DNA from: Gammaproteobacteria bacterium
GTDB lineage: Bacteria > Pseudomonadota > Gammaproteobacteria > UBA4575
Direction of reading: 5' to 3'
NCBI GenBank assembly: GCA_965205275.1
Contig: OZ242168.1
Coordinates: forward strand, 1,278,355-1,342,354
DNA length: 64,000 bases
A program made the position numbers and the translations under genes. The notes under the pieces were generated by a model. It saw only the letters and a program-made list of their open reading frames with translations, had not been told where the DNA came from and made no database searches. Positions 9,927 through 21,357 of this stretch are shown here, one piece after another; position 1 is the first letter of the stretch; each line of letters begins with the position of its first letter.

Positions 9927-11363
9927 TTACTTCAACTTTTGTTTTAGCAGGCTGTTCACCTGTTGCGGGTTGGCCTTGCCTTTGGAAAGCTTCATAACCT
10001 GCCCTACAAAAAAGCCGAATACCTTGTCCTTGCCTGATTTGAACTGCTCCACCTGAACAGGATTGTTGCATATGACCTGATCGACCAGTGTTTCAATCTC
10101 CAGGCTGTCTGTAATCTGCCTAAGACCTTTGGATTCAATAATCGAATCTACATCACCCTCTCCTGCCCACATGGACCGGAAAACATCCTTGGCAATCTTG
10201 CCCGAGATCGTGCCGTCTTCTATCCGGTTCAACAGCCCTGCAAGCATTAAACTTGAAACAGGACTTTCAGTAATTTCGAGATTGTCTTGATTCAGGGCAG
10301 CACTGAGTTCACCCGATACCCAGTTGGCAACCTGCTTTGCCCCGGCATTCGTATTTTCCACAGTCAGTTCAAAATACCCTGCAACCTCCTTGTTCATGAC
10401 AAGATTTTCTGCATCATGGGCATTCAAGTCATACTCCTGCCTGAAACGTGAAGCTTTTTCAGCAGGCAATTCAGGGAGTTTCTGTCTGATTTCTTCCAGG
10501 ATCTCCGGCTCGATCACTACAGGTAACAAATCAGGATCAGGGAAGTAACGATAATCGTTGGCTTGTTCCTTGCTGCGCATGGAACGTGTTTCGTCTTTAC
10601 CGGCATCATACAATCGCGTTTCCTGAACCACTTCACCGCCGTCCTCAAGCACATCAATCTGACGTTTGATTTCAAAATCAATTGCACGTTCTACAAATCG
10701 AAATGAATTCAGATTCTTTGTTTCTGTGCGCGTGCCAAATTCTTCCTGGCCTACAGGGCGTATCGAGACATTTGCATCACATCGAAATGAACCCTCCTGC
10801 ATATTGCCGTCGGAAATTTCCAAGTACCGTACAATCGAATGTATCTTTTTCATGTACGAAACGGCCTCTTTTGCAGAACGCATGTCAGGCTCCGATACAA
10901 TCTCGATCAGCGGCGTACCGGCACGATTCAAATCAATTCCGGTAAAATCAGCAAACTCTTCGTGTAATGATTTTCCAGCATCCTCTTCCAAGTGAGCACG
11001 TGTTATACCGATGATCTTCTGTTCGCCGTCGCTTGAAGCTATCTCCAGTTGACCACGCCCTACAATGGGTAATTCATACTGGCTGATTTGATAGCCTTTG
11101 GGTAAATCAGGATAGAAATAATTTTTTCGTGCGAAAATGCAACGCTGCGCAATTGTGGCATTTACAGCCAGGCCAAACATAACCGCCATGTGTACGGCTT
11201 CGTAATTGAGCACCGGCAAAACACCTGGCAGACCAAGGTCCACTGCACAGGCCTGGGTATTGGGCTCAGCACCAAAAGCCGTGGAAGCTGCAGAAAAAAT
11301 CTTGCTTTGTGTGGCAAGCTGCACATGAATCTCCAACCCTATTATTGCCTCCCACTGTGTCAT
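9927..11363 (-). CDS. gatB: Asp/Glu-tRNA amidotransferase subunit B
   Basis: N-terminus [13 protein letters not shown] and the motifs [17 protein letters not shown] and FRCDANVS. gatC-gatA-gatB order. Confidence 0.95.
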   Translation of the reverse strand: MTQWEAIIGLEIHVQLATQSKIFSAASTAFGAEPNTQACAVDLGLPGVLPVLNYEAVHMAVMFGLAVNATIAQRCIFARKNYFYPDLPKGYQISQYELPIVGRGQLEIASSDGEQKIIGITRAHLEEDAGKSLHEEFADFTGIDLNRAGTPLIEIVSEPDMRSAKEAVSYMKKIHSIVRYLEISDGNMQEGSFRCDANVSIRPVGQEEFGTRTETKNLNSFRFVERAIDFEIKRQIDVLEDGGEVVQETRLYDAGKDETRSMRSKEQANDYRYFPDPDLLPVVIEPEILEEIRQKLPELPAEKASRFRQEYDLNAHDAENLVMNKEVAGYFELTVENTNAGAKQVANWVSGELSAALNQDNLEITESPVSSLMLAGLLNRIEDGTISGKIAKDVFRSMWAGEGDVDSIIESKGLRQITDSLEIETLVDQVICNNPVQVEQFKSGKDKVFGFFVGQVMKLSKGKANPQQVNSLLKQKLK

Positions 11364-11381
11364 CAGCAGCCTGCACCTTCT

Positions 11382-12848
11382 CTATTGAAACCGGGGCGGG
11401 CATTGTTGATGCCAGTCGGTAGCCAGTTGATATTGATGTGCAAAATTCAGCAGCTTGTCTTCTGCAAAATAATTGCCTATTAACTGCATGCCTACAGGCA
11501 GCCCATCGTGTCTCCCACAAGGGATTGAGATAGCAGGCAACCCAGCCAGATTAATTGAGATCGTATAAATATCCGACAGATACATGGTAACAGGATCATT
11601 TGTTTTTTCACCAATCTTGAAAGCAGGCTCTGGTGTGGTCGGCCCCAGAATGAAATCCACATGCTGAAATGCCTTGTTAAAATCTACACTGATCAGGCGA
11701 CGAATCTTTTGTGCCTTTAGATAATAGGCATCGTAATAACCCGCTGACAACGCATAGGTCCCAATCATAATACGGCGCTTGACTTCAGTGCCAAAACCCT
11801 CACTGCGACTACGGTCATACAAATCGTGCAAATCTTTGGGATTTTTACAGCGATGTCCAAAACGGACCCCGTCAAAGCGCGATAAATTCGAAGAGCATTC
11901 TGCTGTTGCAATAACGTAATAGGCAGGGATGGCCAGTTCCGTATTCGGTAGATTTATATTTTCGATGATACAGCCCTGCTCTTCGGCCCAGTCTATTGCA
12001 CGGGTGATGGTTTCCCGTATCCCTGACCCCAGGCCTGCACTGAAATACTCATCAGGGATACCAATCACCTTGCCTTGCAGCGGGCAGTTCAACGCCTGCA
12101 TATATGCGGGCACCGGCTCATCCATGCTGGTTGAATCCTTTTCATCAAAACCCGCCATCGCCTGCAGTAAATATGCACAGTCTTGTGCAGATTTGCCAAA
12201 GGGGCCAGCCTGGTCCAGGCTTGAAGCATAGGCCACAATACCGTAACGCGATATACGCCCATAGGTTGGTTTGAGCCCTGTAATTCCGCAAAATGCAGCT
12301 GGCTGTCGAATCGACCCGCCGGTATCGGTTCCGGTGGCCAAGGGTACCAGACGTGCCGCCACAGCAGCCGCAGACCCACCCGATGAACCGCCGGGCACAC
12401 ACCCGGTATTCCATGGATTCCTAACCGGCCCGAAGTAACTCCTCTCATTGGATGAGCCCATCGCAAACTCATCCATATTGGTTTTACCCAAAGTTACGCA
12501 TCCAGCCTGCTCCAGTTTTTGCACAACAGTTGCGTGGTAGGGCGCAATAAAGTTGTCCAGCATTTTTGATCCACATGACGTCTTGACGCCGTGCATGCAA
12601 AATATATCTTTATGCGCAAGAGGTATCCCGGTTAGTGGGCCATGTTTTTTCCCCTGGATGAGTTTGTCTGCATGACTCGCCTGCAAAACTGCACGCTCAC
12701 CCATCTCTGTAATGAAGGCATTGAGTTCCTTGTGCACCTGCATGCGGTGCAAAAAATGCCGGGTAAGCTCAACACTGGAGAACTGTCTGCTGCTCAAGCC
12801 GACCGCAAGCTGTGAGACAGAAAGCTCTTCCATAAAAGAAATACTCAA
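11382..12848 (-). CDS. gatA: Asp/Glu-tRNA amidotransferase subunit A
   Basis: Amidase signature [12 protein letters not shown] and [12 protein letters not shown]. The start may be the Met at 12833 ([10 protein letters not shown]). Confidence 0.95.
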   Translation of the reverse strand: MSISFMEELSVSQLAVGLSSRQFSSVELTRHFLHRMQVHKELNAFITEMGERAVLQASHADKLIQGKKHGPLTGIPLAHKDIFCMHGVKTSCGSKMLDNFIAPYHATVVQKLEQAGCVTLGKTNMDEFAMGSSNERSYFGPVRNPWNTGCVPGGSSGGSAAAVAARLVPLATGTDTGGSIRQPAAFCGITGLKPTYGRISRYGIVAYASSLDQAGPFGKSAQDCAYLLQAMAGFDEKDSTSMDEPVPAYMQALNCPLQGKVIGIPDEYFSAGLGSGIRETITRAIDWAEEQGCIIENINLPNTELAIPAYYVIATAECSSNLSRFDGVRFGHRCKNPKDLHDLYDRSRSEGFGTEVKRRIMIGTYALSAGYYDAYYLKAQKIRRLISVDFNKAFQHVDFILGPTTPEPAFKIGEKTNDPVTMYLSDIYTISINLAGLPAISIPCGRHDGLPVGMQLIGNYFAEDKLLNFAHQYQLATDWHQQCPPRFQ

Positions 12849-12889
12849 TCCTGAAAATATCTGGATTTCTAAAACGCCTGGCCGAAAGA

Positions 12890-13177
12890 TTACTCGATCA
12901 CTTTGGGCACTAGGTACAGACCCTTTTCGGTACGTGGCGCAATGGCTTGGAATTCTTCACGTTGGTCCGTTTCTGTGACCTTGTCTTCCCGCAGGCGCTG
13001 ACTGACATCCAGGGGATGAGCCATGGGCTCAACCCCCTGGGTATCCACTTTGTCCATCTGTTGTACCCATGCAAGAATGCTCGACAGGTCTGAAGCATAT
13101 TGCCCTGCTTTCTCTGCATCAATATGCAGCCTCGCCAAATGGCTGATTTTCAGAACTTCCTCAAGTGAAATGGACAT
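12890..13177 (-). CDS. gatC: Asp/Glu-tRNA amidotransferase subunit C
   Basis: A 95-aa protein with the GatC pattern ([13 protein letters not shown]...L..IL.WV.QM..VDT.GVEPM.HP) upstream of gatA. Confidence 0.9.
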   Translation of the reverse strand: MSISLEEVLKISHLARLHIDAEKAGQYASDLSSILAWVQQMDKVDTQGVEPMAHPLDVSQRLREDKVTETDQREEFQAIAPRTEKGLYLVPKVIE

Positions 13178-13409
13178 TATAAACTTTGTATATAACAGGG
13201 TCCCTCTGTAATCACGAACCTACTGGGTTATGTTGAGGGATTCAACATAAAAACCTATGCCACCCGAGTGCCTGACCCCGGCCTCACTAAAGGCACAGGT
13301 AGCAAATTACAGACAGCACAAATTATCATACTTAATATGGTCTTGCTCAAAATTTTAGCCACTGATAGAGTACCCCTTCGCTTCAATTAGGTATCAACCC
13401 ACTATTTAA

Positions 13410-14456
<1,047 letters not shown>

Positions 14457-14553
14457 CTTTACCGGTCAGCACGGTTTGCTGAAGGAGGTACGTCAGTATC
14501 TGCGATGGTCAGCTTTCGGGTCTAGACGGGTTTATCATTAAGGAGAATTTGCC

Positions 14554-15420
14554 ATTAAACCGCTATTTATCCTTAACCCATCTGCATTTGTAAAACTGAC
14601 CCTCCTGGCCATGCTGTCCATTGGCATGATGATCGTCGACCATCACTACAATCATTTGAACACCTTGCGCTCGGGAATAAGTGTGGTGATGTACCCCATT
14701 GAGCAGCTAGCCTGGTTCCCTTCGAAAATATATAACTTCGCTACGGAATCACTTTCTGCACGTAAAAAATTACTGGCAGAAAATGCCAGATTACGCGCTG
14801 AACAGATTCTTCTTGAATCACAACTGCAAAAACTCAATACCCTGAAATATGAAAATACCCGGCTGCGCAAGCTTTTTTCTTCCACCAAATTTTTTAAAAA
14901 AGAACAGGTTATCATTGCAGAACTGCTTTCCATAGATCTGGACCCGTATCGTCAGCGTATTGTCCTAAACAAGGGAACACGGGACGGTGTATATGAAGGG
15001 CAGCCTCTACTGGGTGCTGACGGTATCATTGGTCAGGTAGATAAGGTGGGACCCCTCAGCTCAATTGCTATTTTGATTTCAGACCCTAATCACGCCCTTT
15101 TGGGTGTGATTGCACGCAGCGGCCAACGAAGCCTGATTGTTGGCACAGGAAGTACCGACAAACTGGAGCTTCAACACATTATAAGTACGGCAGACATACA
15201 GATTGGTGATCTGGTAATGACCTCAGGTCTGGACGGTCGTTACCCTCCCGATTACCCGGTAGCAGAAATTGTAAATGTTCAGAAAATCGCAGGGGAAGCC
15301 TTTGTAAAAGTCGAAGCCAAGCCCTTGATGGACCTCAATGCAATTCGGGAAATTCTGTTGATGCGAACCGATAATGAGCAGCCTGCCCAGACAACAGAAA
15401 GTGACACAGAGCTTCAATGA
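14554..15420 (+). CDS. mreC: Rod-shape-determining protein MreC (probable ATT start)
   Basis: The listed ORF starts at ATG 14611, but the frame is open back to the stop at 14539. It reads (I)KPLFILNPSAFVKLTLLAMLSIGMMIVDHH, matching the canonical MreC N-terminus MKPIF...(TM)...D. No ATG/GTG/TTG is available in that frame. AAGGAGA (14540-14546) lies 7 nt before ATT 14554. Confidence 0.85.
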   Translation: MKPLFILNPSAFVKLTLLAMLSIGMMIVDHHYNHLNTLRSGISVVMYPIEQLAWFPSKIYNFATESLSARKKLLAENARLRAEQILLESQLQKLNTLKYENTRLRKLFSSTKFFKKEQVIIAELLSIDLDPYRQRIVLNKGTRDGVYEGQPLLGADGIIGQVDKVGPLSSIAILISDPNHALLGVIARSGQRSLIVGTGSTDKLELQHIISTADIQIGDLVMTSGLDGRYPPDYPVAEIVNVQKIAGEAFVKVEAKPLMDLNAIREILLMRTDNEQPAQTTESDTELQ

Positions 15421-15896
15421 GTATCCAGTACTCATCAAGACCCCTCATCATCGGCATCACATTCCTGGCGGCCATGATACTGATGCTGATACCGTTACCG
15501 GACTGGGCACGACCCTGGCGACCGGAATGGCTGGCTGTAATGCTGATCTACTGGAGTATGAACCTGCCTAAAAATGTAGACGTTGGCATTGCGTGGATGC
15601 TGGGTCTTTGTATAGATGTCATATACGGCACCCTGCTGGGACAGCATGCACTCGGCTTTGCAATCATTTCCTATATTACGATTCGTTTTCACACTCAAGC
15701 CCAAGATTATCCGTTATATCAGCAGGCCCTATTTGTAGGGATTGTCCTGCTGCCTTACATGAGTGTTTCATTATGGATTCTGGGTATCCTCGGAGAAAGC
15801 CCCCAATCATGGCTGTATTGGACTCCGGTACTTACCAGTATACTGGTCTGGCCAGGTATTCACCTGCTATTACGTGCCACCATAAAAGCAAGTTGA
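15417..15896 (+). CDS. mreD: Rod-shape-determining protein MreD
   Basis: A 159-aa polytopic membrane protein whose start overlaps the mreC stop (ATGA). Third gene of mreBCD. Confidence 0.88.
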   Translation: MSIQYSSRPLIIGITFLAAMILMLIPLPDWARPWRPEWLAVMLIYWSMNLPKNVDVGIAWMLGLCIDVIYGTLLGQHALGFAIISYITIRFHTQAQDYPLYQQALFVGIVLLPYMSVSLWILGILGESPQSWLYWTPVLTSILVWPGIHLLLRATIKAS

Positions 15897-15953
15897 TCTA
15901 TTTGTTTCCCCTGTAAATGCCACTTGACACAAAGCAGCATGGGTAATTTTTTA

Positions 15954-16946
15954 TTATTTAATACCCCTTTGCTGCAGGCTTTCCAGTTGTTTCCTGAACT
16001 GTATGCAGGGATCCCGGCGGGTATGGCTGGGCGTGAAATATAAAATATCAAATGCATCAGGGACACCTTCAAGGTAGTCCTCAGGACTGAGTGCTCCCAG
16101 GCGTACAGGGACCAATGCAACGGACAGAAAAGAATAGTGCCGGAATGTATTCAGCAACTGCATTGGCACCGCATAATCGTTACGCACATGGCCACTCCCA
16201 GCAATGAGCACTACAGGTGGTTTACTGTTCACCAGAGCTGACGTAATGACGCGGTCTCTTTGCAATTGTGCACGTACCATAAACTGAACAAAACCGGCAT
16301 CGGCATACCCACAATGAGATTTGGCAATATCATGTTCCAGCTGTCGAAGACTGTGGGCAGTAATCGAGTATTGCGCAATCATCTTCCGAGGCCAGCCGAA
16401 CCCGATTTTATGAGCCCCTGCATGCAGGCCCCTACTTTTTATGTTGCCGGCTACCAGTTCAAGACTATTTTGCACTACCCCTTGTAAAACAGGTATATAC
16501 AGCTCCCATGGCCAGCCAGCGTTGCGTGCTTTGGCCTGCTGTTGTAACCACTCGGCATCTGCCCAGAAAGCCGGCTGGTCCTGCCAGGCTTCCTGGGCCA
16601 ACATTTCCATGACTACAGTGGGTTTCTCTCCAGCCGCCACAAGCTGATTCAATATATGTGCCTGCAACAGGTGATGATCCGGATTGTTATGGGTTTCCCC
16701 TAGCAATATGTATTCGTACTCCAGCAATTCGGTATACAATCGCTCATCTGTAATCCAGGCACTTTTCCCTGTATCCCAGATTTTCCCAACTAACGTATGA
16801 TCCTGATAAAAAGGTGACTGCCAGTCTCGGGCGAAAACAGTATTCATTGACAATGCCAGACTGCACGCCAGTAGCAACCACAATGATGAAGAATATTTTA
16901 AACAGCGAATTATCACTAAGCTATCAGTAATGGAAGTCGAAATCAT
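15954..16946 (-). CDS. ChaN-family (haem-binding uptake / Tiki superfamily) periplasmic protein
   Basis: Motif ILLGETHNNPDHHLLQAHIL is typical of the ChaN/PF04187 family as I recall it. Signal-peptide-like LKYSSSLWLLLACSLALSMNTVFA. The start is uncertain: ATG 17015, ATG 16946 or GTG 16916. Only GTG 16916 avoids overlapping the divergent rnd start. Confidence 0.7.
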   Translation of the reverse strand: MISTSITDSLVIIRCLKYSSSLWLLLACSLALSMNTVFARDWQSPFYQDHTLVGKIWDTGKSAWITDERLYTELLEYEYILLGETHNNPDHHLLQAHILNQLVAAGEKPTVVMEMLAQEAWQDQPAFWADAEWLQQQAKARNAGWPWELYIPVLQGVVQNSLELVAGNIKSRGLHAGAHKIGFGWPRKMIAQYSITAHSLRQLEHDIAKSHCGYADAGFVQFMVRAQLQRDRVITSALVNSKPPVVLIAGSGHVRNDYAVPMQLLNTFRHYSFLSVALVPVRLGALSPEDYLEGVPDAFDILYFTPSHTRRDPCIQFRKQLESLQQRGIK

Positions 16947-18030
16947 AACTAAGGCAGAGCAACTGGCAGCCTTTTGTATGCAGGCAACCAGCCAGGACTG
17001 GCTGTCCATCGACACCGAGTTTATGCGTGAAGATACGTACTACCCTAAGTTATGTTTAATACAAATTGCTACGGATAGCAAAATTGTTTGCATTGATACG
17101 CTCATCATAGGCAACTTGTCGGCACTGAATAAACTTCTTGGCTTGCAAACAATCACGAAAGTATTTCATGCTTCCCGTCAGGATCTGGAAATATTCTTCA
17201 AGCTCAATGGCACAATTCCTAACCCTGTTTTTGACACCCAGATTGCTGCGAGTGCGCTGGGGTATGGTGATCAGATCAGCTATGCTCATCTGGTCAGTGC
17301 ACTATGCGGAGTATGCTTGGACAAATCCTTGTCACGCACAACATGGACACAAAGACCCTTGTCTGACAGGGCACTCCAATATGCAGCCAACGATGTAAGA
17401 TATCTGTCGCAGGTATACCAGCATCTGAAACAGGAACTTGCCGACAAAGGACGAACTCATTGGGTCGAAAGTGAATGTCAGCACCTGAGCAATGTGGATA
17501 AGTACAAAACTGATTCAGATAATTTATGGAAATCGGTCAAGGGTGCCAGAAAACTGCCATCAGAACAGTTAATTGTGCTCAAATGGCTTGCAAGCTGGCG
17601 GGACCAGCAGGCAATACAGCAAAACAGGCCGCGACAATGGATCATACGTGATGAAACACTGTGTGAACTGGCGGTTAAACAGCCTGCCAGTATCCCATCA
17701 TTTTCACAGATTGAATCACTTACCCGGAAACAGCGGAGCCGGTACGCAGATGCGCTACTTGATTGTATGACCAAAGCCCGGCAAACGCCTGAACAGAACT
17801 GGCCCAGAACGATGGAAAAACCGCTGACTCGTCAACAGCGCAAAATGTTCAAACGGGCAAGACAGTTCATCCATGAGCGTGCTGAACAACTCAGCATCAC
17901 TCCCAACTTTCTGGCTACCCGCAGCATGCTGGAAAAACTGATTTGTGAACCAGAGGGATCGCAGGGCCTGCGGGGCTGGCGGGAGAATCTGATCGGCAAA
18001 GACTTGGAGCAACTCCTAAAAGAAGAATAA
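16930..18030 (+). CDS. rnd: Ribonuclease D
   Basis: DEDDy exonuclease motifs LSIDTEFMRED, KVFHASRQDLE and YAANDVRYL, followed by an HRDC-like C-terminal half. Confidence 0.9.
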   Translation: MEVEIITKAEQLAAFCMQATSQDWLSIDTEFMREDTYYPKLCLIQIATDSKIVCIDTLIIGNLSALNKLLGLQTITKVFHASRQDLEIFFKLNGTIPNPVFDTQIAASALGYGDQISYAHLVSALCGVCLDKSLSRTTWTQRPLSDRALQYAANDVRYLSQVYQHLKQELADKGRTHWVESECQHLSNVDKYKTDSDNLWKSVKGARKLPSEQLIVLKWLASWRDQQAIQQNRPRQWIIRDETLCELAVKQPASIPSFSQIESLTRKQRSRYADALLDCMTKARQTPEQNWPRTMEKPLTRQQRKMFKRARQFIHERAEQLSITPNFLATRSMLEKLICEPEGSQGLRGWRENLIGKDLEQLLKEE

Positions 18031-18118
18031 TGAAAACTGAGCACACAACCGGGTATAATCCCCGGGCACAGTACAGATTTTTGTACAAAACCAGTTTTAT
18101 ATATGGCCCGTTATCGTT

Positions 18119-18364
18119 ATGCTTGTAGATGAAATCAAGGCTCTTATTGAAAGAGGTGTCCCAAACTCAGAGGCTATCGTCAATGGCGATGGAGGAAAGT
18201 ATGAGGCGACCGTAATCAGCGAGTGCTTTGAAGGCATGAGCATGGTAAAGGAGCACCAGCTCGTCTACTCAGCCGTCAAGTCACAAATTGCCAGCGGTGC
18301 ACTTCATGCCCTGAGTATCAAGACCTTTACTCCTTTTGAATGGGAGCAGCAACCTGCAAATTAA
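18119..18364 (+). CDS. BolA/IbaG-family protein
   Basis: An 81-aa protein with the pattern GDGGKYEATVISECFEGMSMVKEHQLVY...ALHALSIKTFTP, typical of the BolA/IbaG fold. Confidence 0.8.
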   Translation: MLVDEIKALIERGVPNSEAIVNGDGGKYEATVISECFEGMSMVKEHQLVYSAVKSQIASGALHALSIKTFTPFEWEQQPAN

Positions 18365-18516
18365 TCGGGATTTCATTTGTGCCTGTGCAGCATAGTTGTA
18401 ATTTCCAAACCCTTTTAATCAGGATGAGGGGTTCGACGTGTTCCGTATATCCTATTTACCAGGACCGAGTACAGCCATGATAAACCTCCCCAAACTTTTC
18501 AGGATCATTGTGAAAC

Positions 18517-18559
18517 TTGGCATGGTCTCCGGTGACCGGAGATGCCTTGTCGTTTTTTT
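18517..18559 (+). promoter_or_regulatory. Terminator-type hairpin plus T-tract in the metY leader (candidate attenuator or riboswitch expression platform)
   Basis: GGCA-tgg-TCTCCGG-TGA-CCGGAGA-TGCC followed by TTGTCGTTTTTTT. It ends 15 nt before the metY ATG, with the RBS AAGGA in between. Confidence 0.5.
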
Positions 18560-18573
18560 AAGGAAAATAATTC

Positions 18574-19848
18574 ATGAAAATTGAAACACTCGCAATACAT
18601 AGTGGTTATTCACCCGACCCGACAACCAAAGCGGTTGCTGTTCCTATCTATCAAACTACCGCTTATGCATTTGATGATACACAGCACGGTGCAGACCTGT
18701 TTGATTTGAAAGTCGAAGGTAACATTTATACACGTATCATGAACCCGACCAGTGCAGTACTGGAGCAACGTGTAGCAGCAATGGAGGGTGGCATAGGCGC
18801 TTTGGCCTTAGCATCAGGAATGGCTGCAATTTCTCAGGCAATTTTTGCAATTGCTGAACAAGGAGACAATATTGTTTCGGTCACCACTTTATATGGAGGC
18901 ACGTACAACCTGTTTGCCCATACCCTGCCAAAGCTCGGTATTGATGTGCGGTTTGTAGATTACCGCGATATAAATGCCATCTCGGCAGCCATCGATGAAA
19001 ACACAAAAGCTGTTTTTTGTGAATCACTGGGTAATCCTGCCGGCAATATCATTGATCTGGAAAAAACAGTAGAGGCCGCTCATGAAAAAGGGGTTCCGGT
19101 CATGGTGGATAATACCGTACCGAGCCCATATCTGTGCCAGCCGTTTAGATTTGGAGCGGATATTGTCATACATTCGTTGACAAAATACATGACCGGTCAT
19201 GGCACGTCGATTGGAGGCATCATCGTTGACTCAGGAAATTTCCCATGGGAAGAACATAAACAACGCTTCCCAATGCTCAATGAACCGGACCCTTCCTATC
19301 ATGGAGTAGTCTATACCGAGGCCATGGGCAAAGCCGCTTACATTGGCCGTGTTCGGGTTGTTCCGTTACGTAATATGGGTCCTGCAATTTCACCCTTGAA
19401 CAGTTTCCTGATTTTACAAGGTATAGAAAGCCTGCCAGTACGCATGGACCGTCACTGTGAAAATGCGCTGGCAGTTGCTGAATATCTGCAACAGCACCCT
19501 AATGTAACCTGGGTAAGTTATGCCGGGCTGCCTACCCATGAAGACCATCACCTGGTAAAAAAATATTGTAGCGGCCGTGCATCAGGCATTTTAAGTTTTG
19601 GTATCAAGGGCGGACTTGAGGCGTGCGTGAAATTTATCGATGCACTGAACCTGGTAGTCAGACTGGTAAACATTGGTGATGCAAAATCATTAGCCTGCCA
19701 TCCTGCCACCACCACACATCGACAATTGTCCAAAAAGGAACAGGCTGTTGCCGGGGTAAGCGAAGATCTGGTGCGACTGTCTATTGGGATAGAACATATC
19801 GACGATATACTGGAAGATATCGGTCAGGCCCTTGAAAAAACCGGTTAG
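18574..19848 (+). CDS. metY: O-acetylhomoserine sulfhydrylase (aminocarboxypropyltransferase)
   Basis: Cys/Met-metabolism PLP enzyme with PLP-lysine motif HSLTKYMTGHG. The N-terminus TLAIHSGYSPDPTTKAVAVPIYQTTAY and the 424-aa length are typical of MetY/MetZ. Confidence 0.9.
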   Translation: MKIETLAIHSGYSPDPTTKAVAVPIYQTTAYAFDDTQHGADLFDLKVEGNIYTRIMNPTSAVLEQRVAAMEGGIGALALASGMAAISQAIFAIAEQGDNIVSVTTLYGGTYNLFAHTLPKLGIDVRFVDYRDINAISAAIDENTKAVFCESLGNPAGNIIDLEKTVEAAHEKGVPVMVDNTVPSPYLCQPFRFGADIVIHSLTKYMTGHGTSIGGIIVDSGNFPWEEHKQRFPMLNEPDPSYHGVVYTEAMGKAAYIGRVRVVPLRNMGPAISPLNSFLILQGIESLPVRMDRHCENALAVAEYLQQHPNVTWVSYAGLPTHEDHHLVKKYCSGRASGILSFGIKGGLEACVKFIDALNLVVRLVNIGDAKSLACHPATTTHRQLSKKEQAVAGVSEDLVRLSIGIEHIDDILEDIGQALEKTG

Positions 19849-20288
19849 CTCTTAACGGGTTCGCTTGATCCAGTCCATTTCATAAACCCTGACACCTGGA
19901 TAGCGCCGCATGAAACGTGCACTTCAGTTGCCGGTTGCGTCGTGCAGTGAGCATGCTGGCCCTGCGAGGGGTCAGGGTCATTCAAACCTTTTCAATCGTT
20001 GCTCCCTGTACGACAGAAGCGCTGGCCGCACCCCGATTTCCAGATATTCTGGCATTTCCGGTAATCTCAAGCCTGCTCCTGAAACCGGTACCCCTGACAC
20101 CGGCGAAGATCAAAAAGCCCTTATCCGGCATGGTTACAGGTACGGAATCTTTGTTTTGCAGTTTGCGTCTCCCGACACTTTCTGTTGAACAGACCGGTAT
20201 ACCCGATCAGTACGCTGCAAATAGGCCAGAAATGCAATAGCCCCACTGATTTGTGTACCTTCCCTTCCCCCAAGGTATCCCGAGAACC

Positions 20289-20516
20289 TTATTCCTGCTC
20301 CAACTGCTCCCAGCCACTCAGGTCTTCAGGGGCACTGTGTTCTTCTAGCTGGTCCCAGACAATATAACCGGAATCCTGTTCATACACAGCTTTGGCAGCC
20401 TCTTCAGGCGTAGGAAAGGTAAGCGTGGGCATGCCGTCGACCCACAGGTCCCATAGCCCTAGAGGTTCTTTCCGAATTATGAATTCAGATACGTCTGTTT
20501 CTAATTTATACTTCAC
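20289..20516 (-). CDS. Hypothetical small acidic protein (75 aa)
   Basis: Clean ORF with protein-like composition (MKYKLETDVSEFIIRKEPLGLWDLWVDGMPTLTFPTPEEAAKAVYEQ...). No family recognised. Confidence 0.45.
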   Translation of the reverse strand: MKYKLETDVSEFIIRKEPLGLWDLWVDGMPTLTFPTPEEAAKAVYEQDSGYIVWDQLEEHSAPEDLSGWEQLEQE

Positions 20517-20934
20517 AAGGCGAATTGTAACGTATCATAATCCTTACGTGGGCAAAGCAACTTTCTTTTTTCATGGTTTGTTTCCAGATCATATCGAGCC
20601 TGATGAAGGAACCGGCAGACAGGTCTGCAAAGTATTGTTCGATGTCCAGTTTGATGGGAAATTACACTCTCACCTGTTAGCCGATATCTGGCCCGTTGAA
20701 GAAAAAGACGGAGTACCCGTCTTTGAGGTATGTTATGACCTGCCCTTTGAGTGCGCCAGCTTCTCACGGGCAGTGGTCAGCTACTACCAACAGGTAATGG
20801 GCCCCCAGTCTGCGACGATCAGTCATAGCGGACCCAAAGGGCCCATTCCAAACAGGAATGTCTATCGTGTGCAGTGGGAAATTTCTTTGGATGCCGACTA
20901 CAAAACTTCAGATCCCCGTCTTTCAAGGGAGTAA
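20479..20934 (+). CDS. Hypothetical protein (about 130-150 aa, start uncertain)
   Basis: The 5' part of ORF 20392..20934 overlaps the 75-aa gene. Candidate starts are ATG 20479 and GTG 20548. The downstream sequence looks protein-like (VFEVCYDLPFECASFSRAVVSYYQQV). No family recognised. Confidence 0.4.
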   Translation: MNSDTSVSNLYFTRRIVTYHNPYVGKATFFFHGLFPDHIEPDEGTGRQVCKVLFDVQFDGKLHSHLLADIWPVEEKDGVPVFEVCYDLPFECASFSRAVVSYYQQVMGPQSATISHSGPKGPIPNRNVYRVQWEISLDADYKTSDPRLSRE

Positions 20935-21138
20935 CCGAAACAAAACCGGTGACATACCGCAGATCGGCCCAAGCTGCGGGCACATCCAAAACCGGCTTGA
21001 TTGCCCTAAAAAGTTGCACTCACGGAGGTATTTTTGATAAAAGTCCTTGCGCTGGCACACCCGAGTGTCAGCCATTTTATTTAAATAGCCCGATAAAGAT
21101 GATTCGCCAGTGATTTGGCACAAAAACAGGTAATTACT

Positions 21139-21357
21139 ATGAGCACAGAAAACTTGATCCGCCGTGACCAAGATACCGGCTACATTATTGCGTGGAGATA
21201 TAAAAGTGATTTTGGAACCGGCAAGTTCAAGGATAAGACGATGACCTACGGAGAGGCACGCAAAAAATGTGAAAACCTGAACTCAGAAAATCAGGACAAA
21301 ACGTACTGGCCGGAAAAAATGAAGCAGGACCAAGAATGGCACCTCGTTTATGAATAA
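21139..21357 (+). CDS. Hypothetical small protein (72 aa)
   Basis: The ATG at 21139 gives MSTENLIRRDQDTGYIIAWRYKSDFGTGKFKDKTMTYGEARKKCENLN.... The listed ORF begins at TTG 21115. No family recognised. Confidence 0.4.
   Translation: MSTENLIRRDQDTGYIIAWRYKSDFGTGKFKDKTMTYGEARKKCENLNSENQDKTYWPEKMKQDQEWHLVYE

Noticed and set aside
16916-17015. Apparent 86-bp head-to-head overlap of the ChaN-like and rnd coding regions
   Set aside because: It is most likely an artefact of taking the longest ORF. A GTG at 16916 still yields a complete signal peptide and removes the overlap.
18420-18500. Assignment of the metY leader to the SAM-I (S-box) class
   Set aside because: Only the short stretch TTAATCAGGATGAGGGG resembles the S-box start. 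The remaining conserved cores could not be found, so the class is left open.
19910-20240. Two overlapping plus-strand ORFs (92 and 107 aa) downstream of metY
   Set aside because: They occupy two frames of the same DNA, are Arg/Pro/Ser/Cys-rich with no motif, and have no RBS. They look like chance ORFs in relatively GC-rich non-coding or relic DNA.
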